A stretch of 64,000 nt of DNA from Acanthaster planci (taxonomy: Eukaryota). This document shows, in pieces, positions 52,004 to 64,000 of the stretch. Location: NCBI RefSeq assembly GCF_001949145.1, contig NW_019091358.1, forward strand, positions 3,032,535 through 3,096,534. The letters run 5' to 3'. The translations under genes and the position numbers were made by a program. Each line of letters opens with the position of its first letter. Position 1 is the stretch's first letter. The notes beneath the pieces are model-generated. The model was not told the DNA's origin, searched no databases, and saw only the letters and a program-made list of their open reading frames with translations.

Positions 52004-54403
52004 GTGAGTGTTCCCTTTACATATAAGGTACATACATGTGACTTGATTTGCATGCAGTTTTTTAACTCGACAGTCTGAAAAAGTGAGATGTGTATTTCAA
52101 GTACATGTACTAAATGATGTGTCCACAGAAACAAATTAGCATGTGAACATTAAGCTTCAGCGTACAAAAGAACTGAAGTTCCTTTGTAATCCCTTCAAAT
52201 GGAAATACCAGGAAATGCAATTACACACACTGGAGACTAGATGACTACATTTACAATGTGACTACCAGTAGATTGACTCCATGGATGCTGAGAGTATGCA
52301 CTAGACTGTAAAAACATTAACCTTGTGCAGACCCATTTGGCAGTAAGTTGTTGGACATGTTTGCACTGAAACAACTGCTTTTATTGGAGATGTTGTATTT
52401 CCCACTGCAAACTTTTTTTATTTATTATTATTATTATTTTTTGTGCTTGGACAGTTTGGTATTATTTTCCGTTATAACACAGTTATAGGGCAATGGGTTA
52501 TTTTTGTGTGTAATAGTTTATTTATTGAATGAGAGAACTATGGAATGAGTTTCTCTTTGCATTGGACCACCATTTGATGAGCCTCTAAATTGTGTGGAAG
52601 CAATTTAGAGAAGGAAATTGTGCAGGTCTTCTTCCTTTGTTCCCCGCACCTGTCTGCCCCCCTCCCAAATTTAGCAGGGTTTGTGCTGGATTAATGCACA
52701 AACTTTTTCTGTACTGTAGCCAGACTTCTCCTTCGTGTAACAGTAGCACATCCTTCATTTTGGAGGGATTATTTGTGGGGCAATGCGATTCCAGCCAGTT
52801 CAGGGGCTTACCCCCTATCCCAGCCCCCACATCATCTCTGCACAGGGATATACATGTAGATTGTAATCTATACAGCTTTCCTTTTTTTTTCTGTTCTTTT
52901 CTTTCTTTCTTTTTCAGCATTACTTATCATGCAATCATCTCTCGGGCAAACCTTGGATTTTTCATCCTCCAAAGGGTTTTGCCAGGGGTTGAGATTATAA
53001 ATATACATTGAAGAATGGCACAGGTCAAAAACGGCTTATTCGGAGAGAAGATAAAATGTACATGTATTATACCTGTGTATATATTGACCTTTTGGAACTG
53101 GTGCTTAGATCTTCAAGGACATATATTGCATACATGTAGGTTTGCCTGTTACTGTCTCATAAGGTGCAGGTGAGGTGAACAATCCTCTCCTGATGGAATA
53201 ATGGAAACCTAAAAATGCACCACTTCACACTGTGAAGTAACATTTGATAAATATGTGCACAAGGCTACTGAAAGCCAGATTTTTTGGCAAACCTACATTG
53301 ACATTTGTGGGGGGGGTGTCACAAGTGTACAATACAAGGTTTGCATTGAGAGCATTCAAGGAAATTCCGAGGAAATTGAGGGTCACTTGCATTCCCAAGT
53401 TCATGGAATCAACTGGAATTTCATGAGGTCATTGTGTCAAGTCTGTCATGATAAAATTTGAAGGACTTAAAACTTAATCATTGAGAACATCCATCATTTT
53501 TTAAAATCTGATCATGCAGTTGCATATATGCAGCTTCAGCATCATTGTTGGAAAGTAAAGGATTTAAAGAGATTACTGAAACTCAATCATATCTTATCAA
53601 AGATATAATGAAAAACATGAGCCTTGTAAGTTCAATTGCACTGTTTCCTATGGCAGCCTTCCATGAATAAAGATTTTAGAAATTATGCAAACTCTTTGAA
53701 ATTAATACTCCATTGAAACTGAAATTCCTGTCAGATTACTCGCTGTGGCACATCTGAAGTCAAAAGACGTTCGCATAATCCCTCCCTCATTTGGATAATT
53801 GCCAACTGAAGCCTCCCTATAGCATGACAGTTCAACCCGGACGCCAGCTTTCCTGGACTAATGTGCTGTTTTTCAAGAGGATTAAAAGATTTAAAAGAAA
53901 AAAAAAAGCTCAGCAAGATGATACGGTGTCAGAGCCTGTAAGCCGCTTTCCAGGCCAGGGGAGAAAATAATCGGCTTACGTCCCGTCTTGTCCCTGTGCA
54001 GATTCAGATAAAGCAAGTTATGAAAAATGTATTTATCTCTTGGGGAAAAGAGAGGTGTATTTGGTGGTGGTGGAGGGGCTGGGCAGAAGGATGTTTGTGG
54101 TGGGCTACAGATGGCATTGTGATCTGAGAAGGGTAGATGTAGGGCTGAAGAAGACAAACATCATGGAGATGACGATGTGATTAATGTGTTCCCCCTCTCC
54201 AGAGACCAGGCAAGCCATCTAGCAGTTGCACTTTATAATACAAGGCAGGGAATAACACCCTGAGTTGTTCAGGAGAGAAACAACTTGACAGTGCCAGCTA
54301 AGCGAGACCGTGTGGCAGGTTCTGGGCAGAGGTTTATTGTGGGTCTTTGTATAAAGTTAAAGCTGAGGCATGCTCCTGCCCAACCAGAGGCCTGTTTAAA
54401 GTG

Positions 54404-54431
54404 CGACGCCTGATTATCGACGCCTGATTAT
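54404..54431. repeat. Perfect 14-bp tandem duplication (cgacgcctgattat x2)
   Basis: directly visible. Confidence 0.8.
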
Positions 54432-57396
54432 CCCTGACTTACTTGCACTGTGCAATCCTTGGCCTGTCTGATGGTTTGTTGGGCTTGTCTGGGTCCTGTT
54501 TCTGTGGTGGAGCAAGTGCTTGTTGCTAATGCAAATCAGTGGACATTTCACAAAATAATCATTTTATGGTTGAAGTGCTTGTTCAGCTGTCATTAATTGA
54601 CACTCATCTTTTTTTATGATAAGGTGTGTCTCCGATCTCCGTGCATCTTTGGTACATCAGTTATGGCACATTATTTTGTGCTCTTTTTGTTCCTTTTGAT
54701 AGTTTTCTTCTACCCAATACCTTCCTGTATGAAAGAGTACCAGTACACATTCTGTATGTACATGTACATGCAAAGTAACCATAACGATGGAAAAGACTGG
54801 TGAAAAGAATGATTAACACACTCCCCTCACAAGATCTTTTTGAAAAGTTTGAATCTTTGGCAACCTTTGTTTGCCCACTGCAAATTGACCAACTTCCCGG
54901 GTCATTTGGTCACAGCTGCCTCAAGGGGAGGTCTCAGACAGACCTTGGGATGACCATGAACAGATTTTTTCCCCTTCAGACATCCTTTGCCTGCCCTTTA
55001 TCCCTGAGTTGCCCTGCCAACAAATGCTGTCAATGACCAGCCTAGGCCGGCACATAATTTGATCATGGTCGAAGTGGCAGCCCGCTAATCGCATTTTCAT
55101 GCCTGCCTGGGCATCATCCATGCCATGGCTTCCTGTTGGGGGCTGAGTGCATAATGGTGGTCTTTTTGTTGGGTTGTTGGAGTGAGTGGTCATTGGATGG
55201 AAAGCCTATTTAATCCAGAAGCAATCACTGGCCTTAATCCCTTCTGTGCCCCCTCCCCCTCACTGCTTTTAAAATGGCTGTCCAGATGTGCTGTTCGGAA
55301 ACTGGCTCTTCTGCTATTGGAGTGCACATGTAGAGTAGATGTACGCTGTACATGTACATGTACTATAAGCAACATTCCATGGGTCTGTGTACACGATGTG
55401 GTGTGCTGTGGTCTGCGCACCTTACACTGTATGCAAGGCCATGCATGGTTCTTGCCCATGGATGGCTACATGTACCTCATGATGGCATGGATCTTGCTAC
55501 CTCAGAGAATGGCCTGGCTGCCATGAAAGTGTCTGTAATCTAGCCCTTTATTCAGGGAATAGGATTAGGGTTGATTAGGATGGCAGATAAGCCCCTGACT
55601 CCCAGCAATGAAACAGTTTATTTGCCTTGAGTGAGACCAGTACTCCTCCCACAGCAGTGGGGCAAACCATAGAGCAAGGGCAAACCTGGCATGGCATTAG
55701 AGTGGCCTTTCACTGAGGTGACAGTGTTCTTTCCTGTTTTCCTTTGCTGACGGCAGTGTGCTACCCCTGTAAAAACCTGAGACCTGGCAAGCAGTACACA
55801 TCACTACCCAAGCCTATGGAAGTGACCCAGTTGCATCAGAACAACTCATCAGCATAAGCAATCAAAGCTGACAAGCTGTATGGCCAGCACTTATGCATTG
55901 ATGCCCCCTGAGTCAGACAGGATTTGTACCCCCCCTCTGGACCCTATCTCATTAGGGGGTAGGGCCTTCTGTGACCCAGCCAGACCTATGCCTGTGGTGG
56001 CTCAGCTCGCTGTGAAGCCATAGAGTGTGCCCATTGTGTGTAATGCTATGCCTGCCTGCCTCTGGGTGGACATCTGAGGGGGGACATGTGGTTTGTGTGG
56101 TTAGAAATGAAACCTACGTGTAGTTCGGTTGTTGTTGGAGCTATTAATGTTGAGTTCAGGAGACAGGGCACTACTGGCTATAGTGTTGGTGGACAGATAG
56201 GGAAAAGAAGCATTTGTGCTACAAGTCTGGGAGAAAATGCCTTTCCAGAAAAAAAGCCGAGTACTTCTTAAAAAAGCCCAAGTATTAAATGTACCCAACT
56301 ATAGGTTTGTTTTTATTTCAGGGAAAAAACTGATGCAATAGCTGTGGCACAGTGTGATGATAAAAACATCCTTTAGGTAATAAATTACCACTTGAGAAAA
56401 AAACGGGCAACCAAAATTTAATTCATCTCGGCCAAGAAGCTACGCAACGAAAATGTAATTCAGTAATTGTCCCACTCAATGCAAACATGACACCTCTGCA
56501 TTTCCAAAGCAAACAGGTACTCCAAATTTTCGCTCATGTTAAAACTGCTGTACCATTTTAACCCTGCTGAAGTACTTTGCATTGGCGAACACACTGGCTT
56601 CATTCAACTCACACGGTTGTTTGATGAAGAGGAGCAGCCTTGTAAACTACATGAACATGTACTTGAATTAATGCAGTCATAACCCATCCACGCTAGTCTG
56701 GATACAGCACAGCATTCTCCCCCCCCCTTTTATTTTTTGAGGGGAACAGTTAATCATTAAATTGAAGCAGGTGATTCTGCAGTGTGCAGAATAATCATTT
56801 AAATAATAGTGTGGCTGGGCAGGAAGTGATAAATGCAAGCTTGTTGCACGGTGTAAATGTAGGTACATGTAATGGGTTCGTTCAAAATAAATGACGAGGT
56901 ATGATAACTCTGGAAGCACATCCTTACAGTGCAGGTAAACCTTCAGATGTAGTCGGTTTTACTTTATTTTCGGACTTCCACGGTGTTCTCCGATTTGCTC
57001 TTAGAATGGGTCTCATTCAGCTTTCAGCCCGTTTTCCCCTTGAATGTTTGATTTCTATACTAACCAAAATTGACTGCATCGTCCATGCAGGGACATAGGG
57101 TGAGGCTGCATCTTTGTTTTGTTGAGCAGTGGATTTCAAGGTGTGCTCTCCTCTTTTTTCTGTCATCAAAGTGTCGTTGCTGTGACTACCTTGAAGTTGG
57201 CATTTTACTTCTCTCTCACTTTCTTCTTTTTTGCCGACGAAATGTGTTCTTGTCTACAACTAACCCTGGTAGCATATTACATGCCATGAAGATGGTACAG
57301 AGCCAGATGCCATTGGTCTAGAAGCTTTGTGCAACACCCAAGCCATCCATCCAGCTGGAAATAAACCTCCTTACATGGTCCTCTTGTTTGTTTCAG

Positions 57397-57421
57397 TCTC
57401 TCTCTCTCTCTCTCTCTCTCT
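57397..57421. repeat. (TC)n microsatellite
   Basis: ~12 TC units. Confidence 0.9.
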
Positions 57422-59303
57422 AATCATGGAGAGGTGATCCGCACAAACAACACTTTTTATATTTATGCCCACCGAGGTTTGAAGGCTGGTGGATAAGAAA
57501 TGAAAATTGCCAATGCATGCATCAGTGCTGCATCTGCCAGTGATTTGCCTAACCTATATCCTTGGCCGATACAATATGCTGGAGTTCCCTCGGGGGTTCT
57601 GTCCATAATAATGTTGAAATAGTACAGCTTCCTTGACCCCCCCCTCTTTTCTATTTCTCCAGAGGCCCACTGACAGGCTGCAGAGTCCATAGGTAAACAT
57701 TTACTCATTCCCTACACATGTCTCAGCAATATGCAAATGTTAATATAATAGCTTAAATAAACAGTCCGGTTGAAAGAGGCCTCTCTTGTCATTAGAATGG
57801 GTCTGGTTTCAGCGGGCCTGCCCCATTGTCCCTAGCCTGTGCCCATCAAGTGGATGTAACAGGGCACTGAACAGGGTAATGCCGAAGCTGTAGTGGGGAA
57901 TGAATTAAATGTGAAATGGAGGCGAGGATGACCTGTGAGTGGAGTGTGAGGGCGCTGTGACAGTTTAGTAGGCTGAGTAGTAATGCATCATGCATGGCTT
58001 CATGCTGGCAATGGATTTGCACCTGTGCAGTTATGCAGTTATGGAGATCAACTGGGGACATTTCCTTTGTGTCAACCAGCCACAGGAGGACAAGCGTCTG
58101 TTTGCTTGTAACAAAATAGTATCTGTCATCCTGTTTAACCCATACTCATCCAAATTTTACTTCCACCACTGTCCGGATTTTGCTTTTCTAAAATCTATCT
58201 AATCAATCTAAAAATCTATCTCATTACACCTGCCACACTGTGCTCAACTCCTCACCCCCTTGGTACTGCAGCAAAACAAGGCTCATGGTCACGCACATTA
58301 ATTTTATTTTTGGGGCACTGTGTTAAAATTCAAGGGTCGAGAACATATCTATGAACATAGATAAATGTATCTATGTATACATAATATACACGTGCCATGT
58401 CATGAATTTTGGCCATTTTCACTTTGGGCAAAAAAAAAAATTTTGTGTCTTGGAGTTTGACATTCAGACTGATGTGTTTAGATTTCCTGAAAACATGGAA
58501 TAGTAGTGCAGTAAGATTGTCTGTATTTTCTTAAATTTGATACTGTGGTCGAAATGACCTCAAATATGCCCACACAACAAAAGGATTATTTGGGCTAATT
58601 TGTCAGTGCCTAATACTTTGAGAAGATAACGTCATTTGGCCGTGGATTACCCGCTGGGGAGTAGGCACTAACTCGATCAGGATCGGCCCTCCTGCCAGAG
58701 TGGGCTCTAAGCTAATTAGGGCCGGGATTATCCGCGTCATCACTAACTCCATCATGCCCCGCGGCCAGATTTATACCTGTGCACATCCCCCTGGATGCAT
58801 CTCTTAAGAAGCCACCGTCCCGGACTGAATATTATCTACTTTATTTTCCAGCTTCTTCCCCCCCCTTCCTTTTTTTTTTCCTTCTTTCTCACTCACTCCT
58901 TGTCTTGCCAGCAGCTATTTTGCACTCAGGTCGGTTGTAAACGCATCTGTAATCCGGCACAGCGTGATGGAGCATGCATGCATTTTTTATATTCCATGTC
59001 CTAATGAGTCAATGGCCTGGAAGACCTGGCCATAGACCACGGGATGGGGAAATGCAAATTCCTAGATTTGGACCACGCGTGGCACTCCAGTCTGGACAAG
59101 GGTTTGCTTTGGGAAGAGGGGGAAATGGGGGTTATCTTTTGTTTCAGAGTATGCGAGTCAAAGTTGAGGTAGGCCCTTGTCCGTGTGTTAGTCGAAATAA
59201 GATTACAGGTTCAGGTGGTTGTTTACTGCGTCCACAGGTCGATTTAAGTTGTGGGAATTTTCATGAGGATTCTTAACTAGCCAGTGACATTCACAGACTA
59301 CGG

Positions 59304-59390
59304 GCCAGTTTATACTTGGCACAAAAGTGTACACAGATGCAAAATTGTGATGTCTGATCAAATTTTCGTCTGATTGTAGTATGAACCAGC
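59304..59390. mobile_element. Short degenerate palindromic MITE-like element
   Basis: gccagtttatact ... agtatgaaccagc (imperfect inverted pair) with inner inverted pair caaaattgtga / tcaaattttcg. Confidence 0.35.
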
Positions 59391-60180
59391 ATTAAGATTG
59401 GTCAATGGAAAAAAAATCTTGTGGTGGAAGTGAGAAAGTCCAGAAGTCATTTGGCACTTTTCTTTTGACAATCTAATGACACTAATGGTATTGCGTCAAA
59501 GAGTGGCATCTAAAAATCACTAGTAGTGCATGAATGCTCCAACCAACAAGGATTTGTGTAATCGGTGTGCAAATGACCTGTTGGTAAGAAGGCTTAAAAT
59601 TGTTCTCGTTTATGACAGAAGCATAGGAGACTACACTCTGCAATTTGTGTACGTTTGTAAGGAAGTTAGTACATACTCATGTATAAATTCCTCTGGCAGT
59701 TATGAATATTGTATGTATTACACTCCAAAATTATCCTGGAACAGTAGTTTACAAATTCTGTGATACCTGTTTTGTCGATGTAAGCCACACTCTTACTGTA
59801 CAAGGCACTGTCTCCTTGTCAAATACGGATCATAAATGGTAATCACTTCCAACTGTGACTGTAAGGGATCTTTCTTTTTATGCCTGAACCCCCTCTTTCT
59901 CCCCCACCCCATGTGGTGAGTGTGCTTCCCCCACCACCCCTTCCCCCCTTTGCACCACAAACACGTGTTATCCTGAGATGAGCAATTGAGAAGGGATCCG
60001 GAGTAAATCAACTTCCCTTGGTGGATATTGGCCGGCTTGTCGGTGGATGCGCTGTAGATTGTAGGGACTGGGTACGGGTGTGCCCAAGGCGGTTCAAGAA
60101 TTTGGGTGACTTCATATTGGTCATTAAAGTAACAGGATTCTTTCCCTAGAAAGTTATGTTGTCCATATTTATTCTATAAA

Positions 60181-60385
60181 GCCCTGTTCGCACTGTACCT
60201 TTGGGGGGCAAACTTACTGAGACGATGGGTACTTTGCCCATTTTAAATCCAGTGCGTACATCCCTGGAAGACTTCCTCTCAGTTACTTTTCCCAAGCCAC
60301 GCGGGAATTTTAACTTCTGGCCAGGAAGAATCCCCGAGACACTTTTCCCAAGACAGAAAGTCCAGCGTGGACAGTGCGAGTCGGT
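60181..60385. mobile_element. Possible degenerate MITE
   Basis: gccctgttcgcactgt ... acagtgcgagtcgg; only a 9-bp perfect inverted core (tcgcactgt). Confidence 0.3.
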
Positions 60386-63300
60386 AAAAGCGGCTCAGGG
60401 AAGCCTACATCCGGTTTACTGGCAAGGTCAGGCTCACATGAACCCAGAGCATGTGTGTTGCAAGCGTCCATGTGACGTACATGTACATACAAGTACGCGC
60501 CACGAAGCTTAATTTTAGTTGCTGTGCAGTGATTTCGTGTTCTCGAGTCTCTCGACTGATCGCAGATATTATTACTGAAACAATCCGAAGTTTAATTAGG
60601 CCCACCAATGTATCATTGGAAGAACTGTCACGACCGGAAGTTTGTAAAAGGTGCGCACGTGCGTGGGTCAAAGGGTGAACACGAAAGGTCATGCAAAGCG
60701 CCCTCATGTGCCATTATAGTGACAGCTTGATTACTTTTCCCACGCGTCTCGGTAAAAATCCCCTCGTCGAAAGTCCAAGTGCGGACGGTGGTAAAATTTG
60801 CCCGTTTTCATTTTCCCATCGGCTCGGTAAATTCTTCGGAAAATAAACACAGGCAGCTCCTACATCAGTAGTGGATCCAGAGGGGTAGGAGGTGCAACCA
60901 ATGTGCCCCCTTCCCATTTTCGTTGGGGGACAGGGAGATACCTCTTCCTTTGTCCGTTGTGTTTTAAGTGTTTATTAAATGAGATGGAAAGAAATGCTAT
61001 AATCGTACATCCATGTTAACCCCCATTTCAGGCATCTCTCTTTTGTGAATATCAGGCACCTCTGCCCTTTTTTGAAAATGCTGGACAATTTGGACATGAT
61101 TTATTGGGTTGGGTATTTGTCAGGTAGAAAGATGTATGAAATTGGCACCATGATCTTTGAAAGATTCAGTTATATACAGGTGAATTAAATATGAGGAGGT
61201 GGTGTAGTGTGGAGACCTTGTCAGCAGTGCACTTACTCGGCACAACAGTTATACTAGTCAAACACGATACAGCTTCATACTTTGCCATATTTAAACGCCA
61301 GGGTCAATATTTGCCCAGGCAAATGGGTTTGGAATTAAACCAGCGTTCTCTAAACATTTGCCTGGCAGATCGGCAAACATATTGTCTGTCTGTTGGGCCC
61401 GGGCCGACATCGGACCTTGCACGGCAAATTAATTCGGTGACAGGGCAACGTATTCATTTCAGCCATTTTGAGTGACTGCTTTCGATTAGGCCCAAGGAAC
61501 ATGTTACTAAGAGAGTAGACCTGTATGCTTATCCAGGATCCTGGATCGGGTTTATGGGTCAGAGAATTTCTTAATACAACCATGAGTCATCCAAATTCTT
61601 TTCTCAGTGAAAAGTTGCTGATTAAGTTCACATGTATGTTTTCCAGTTTCATTGAAAAATTTCTTTTCATGTACACATTTGTCAATTATTACATAAAATG
61701 TAAATGTGGAGTTTATAAAAGACAGCTAATCAACTCTCAAGCAACATCTGTTATTCATTTGTCAACATTCATTACAAAGTGAAACCACTCTTTATGGCCA
61801 TTGTGAGATATAAGCAGTTATGGAGCTCGCAATCAACTGAAGTTTTTTAAAGTGAATGTTAACATGTTGACAAATTGCTTTCATAGACATTACTTTTTGA
61901 TGTTAACCCTAACCGCCTAGGGTGTATTACAGGTATTTTATTTGCATAATTTTGTTGCAAATGCAATGAAAATGTCAGCAGTTTTTAATTACTGCATCAA
62001 AAATTATTAATTGTGTCCATTATATAGTACTTCAGTATTACAACAGTAACTTTTCCAGTGATAAGTGGAACAAGCTAAAGACTAATTACCAGAGGTTAAT
62101 TTAAGCTATGAGCTCAATTATCTAGAAAAAAAATGCAAACGAGAAAAGAGAGTTGGTTTGGGTTAGGCTTTGTGGACACAGCATGCAGCTGGTTGCATTT
62201 GTCAGTGTTGTGTCACCACAGCCAATAGATAGTGCTTGGTGTTTGCTGTGGCCCCAGCTTGCACCGTGATGCGATTGCACATTCACGTTGGATGACAGCG
62301 GCTCACCGCACGTTACCTGCCTTATTGGAGCACAAGCCCCCGCTCACGGTGGAGTGTTTGCATTGTGAGCCAGTGCAGACACCGACTTATGTTTGTCCAA
62401 GGTCTTGTGTGCACATTGCATTTTATTGAACTGTGTTTCTCCCAAGAACCCCCCCTTCAATACTGTCATTGAAGGCAAAGTAGGTTTAATTGTGTATTGA
62501 CGTAGCAAATAGAGAGAAGGGATGCCAACCCCCCCCTCCCCTTCCACTTGCCATTTTTTGGGTCCCTTTTTTTTGTGTGGAAAGAAGCCGTGTGGCTCAG
62601 TGATTTAACTCCGTCTGAAGCATCGCCGAGTGTTCCGGACAAGTGCCTGGGCAAATTTCGTTGGCATTTTCAATTGGGGTGTCGCTACTCCTCCGCCGCG
62701 TGCGGTCCCGCTGTGTTTGCACTGGCGTTAGTCATTCAGCGTGTGCCTGTCAGCGTATGGCCCCGCCGTCGCCATGGAGCAACACAAGTACACGATCATA
62801 TTACAAACGGGATGAATTCTGCAAGTCTGAGAGAGTGGGTAACCCAAATGAATATGCACAGTCGGGTCCCTACAAGCAAGCGTTCCTCCTTCACTGACCG
62901 GCAATTCTTCCCCCCCCCTACTTTCTCTCCCCTTGTCCCCCTGCGGCTACGCTGTGTACATAATCCGCAGATATTTACCGCTGAATTTTCATCAGTGGCC
63001 CGGCAGAGCTTTGGGGGGGGGAGCGGGGAAGACAAAATGAATTGCGAGCATCGAATACAGATTTAATTGGACTGAGTCAACCGGTGAAGTTTATGTATGT
63101 GCAAGGAAGTGCTCTTTAGCTGGTCGGGATGGATACCCGTCCCTGGCTTGCGGCATGAATAATTCATCACGACAATCATCGATCATTGTTTCCTACCTTA
63201 ATGACGCCCTGACATTTACGCATGACTCGTTTCGTGCTGCGTTGAAAGGTGGTCTGTTTGCATGTTCAAAAAAAAAAAATAATCCTGTAGCAGTGTGTGG

Positions 63301-64000
63301 CAAGTATGCGTGGACACATGACACGTACATGCACATTTGAGGTGGGGGGGGGAAGAGGTAATATATTCCACTTGCCGGTGATTGAGTATGCCAACCGGAC
63401 AGGAAGACACAAGGGTCACTCATTGAGCAGTGTAAGCTGTTGTCTGTCCTGTCTTATTTGCTCTTCAAAACTTGGAGAGGACCTAGCTGGCCACTTGAAT
63501 GGGAGGATTGCAGCTGTGCCATTCTCCTTAAGCCTACCCTTCACTATTGACCAAGAAGTACTGGATAAACACTTTTAACAGACTGTCATTATGGCCCTTG
63601 TTTGTCCTGGCTCCATTCACTGGCAACCTGCAGTAAATTCAGAGTGGAGTATTTGCTAGGGGTTACATTCTCTATTTGCAGGATTATATGAAGTGTGAGT
63701 TTAGCGTGTTTCCTTTTTGCTCTGTCTGTGCTTCATCTTTCCTCTTTTGGGAGGGGGGTTGTTTGCAGGAGGTTTAGGCTTTCCAGTTTATTCAGGCCAG
63801 GGATGTTTGTGTGGTTGTTGTTGAAGGACCCAAAGATGTAGAGTAAACAGTTGTTGACAGCTTTCCAGGGCCAGGTTCCTGTTGTACACCAGAGTGATTG
63901 AGCGACCAGCGCACACAAAAGGCATGAGTTTATTCTGTTGGGGGATCAGTCATCACCGGTTCACTGGTGATCTTTACAGACTAATGCCCCACAGGGCGGG

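Noticed and set aside
62548..63066. 172-aa plus-strand ORF as a possible next gro exon
   Set aside because: No CcN/SP/WD40-like sequence and no convincing splice sites; explained by locally high GC.
63682..63694. 13-nt candidate exon (tttgcag|gattatatgaagt|gtgagt)
   Set aside because: Frame-shifting length, no TLE similarity, no supporting context.
1..64000. Conserved bilaterian miRNAs, rRNA, snRNA
   Set aside because: No match by eye to mature sequences I know; an Rfam/Infernal scan would be needed to exclude them properly.

Overview
Eukaryotic (metazoan, probably a marine invertebrate; species not determinable by eye) genomic DNA, overwhelmingly non-coding. The only protein-coding gene I can support is the 5' part of a Groucho/TLE transcriptional corepressor on the + strand. 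It starts at ATG 29765. Six exons (24, 98, 64, 45, 63, 75 nt) splice in frame into the complete Q (TLE_N) domain. A candidate 27-nt microexon, the GP-domain exon and a candidate 8-nt microexon follow; I could not find the CcN/SP/WD40 exons, which presumably lie beyond base 64000. The GP exon carries an apparent 1-nt insertion (C4 run at 51380-51383) that breaks the homologous frame: an assembly error or a truncating allele. The rest is ~29 kb of upstream DNA plus large introns, with a CpG-rich promoter domain (~25-30 kb), enhancer-like motif clusters, several MITE-like inverted-repeat elements (one nested in another) and degenerate tandem repeats. Nearly all ORFs in the six-frame track look spurious. 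I found no prokaryotic-type system, CRISPR array, rRNA or convincing tRNA, and I cannot claim a wholly new biological system.
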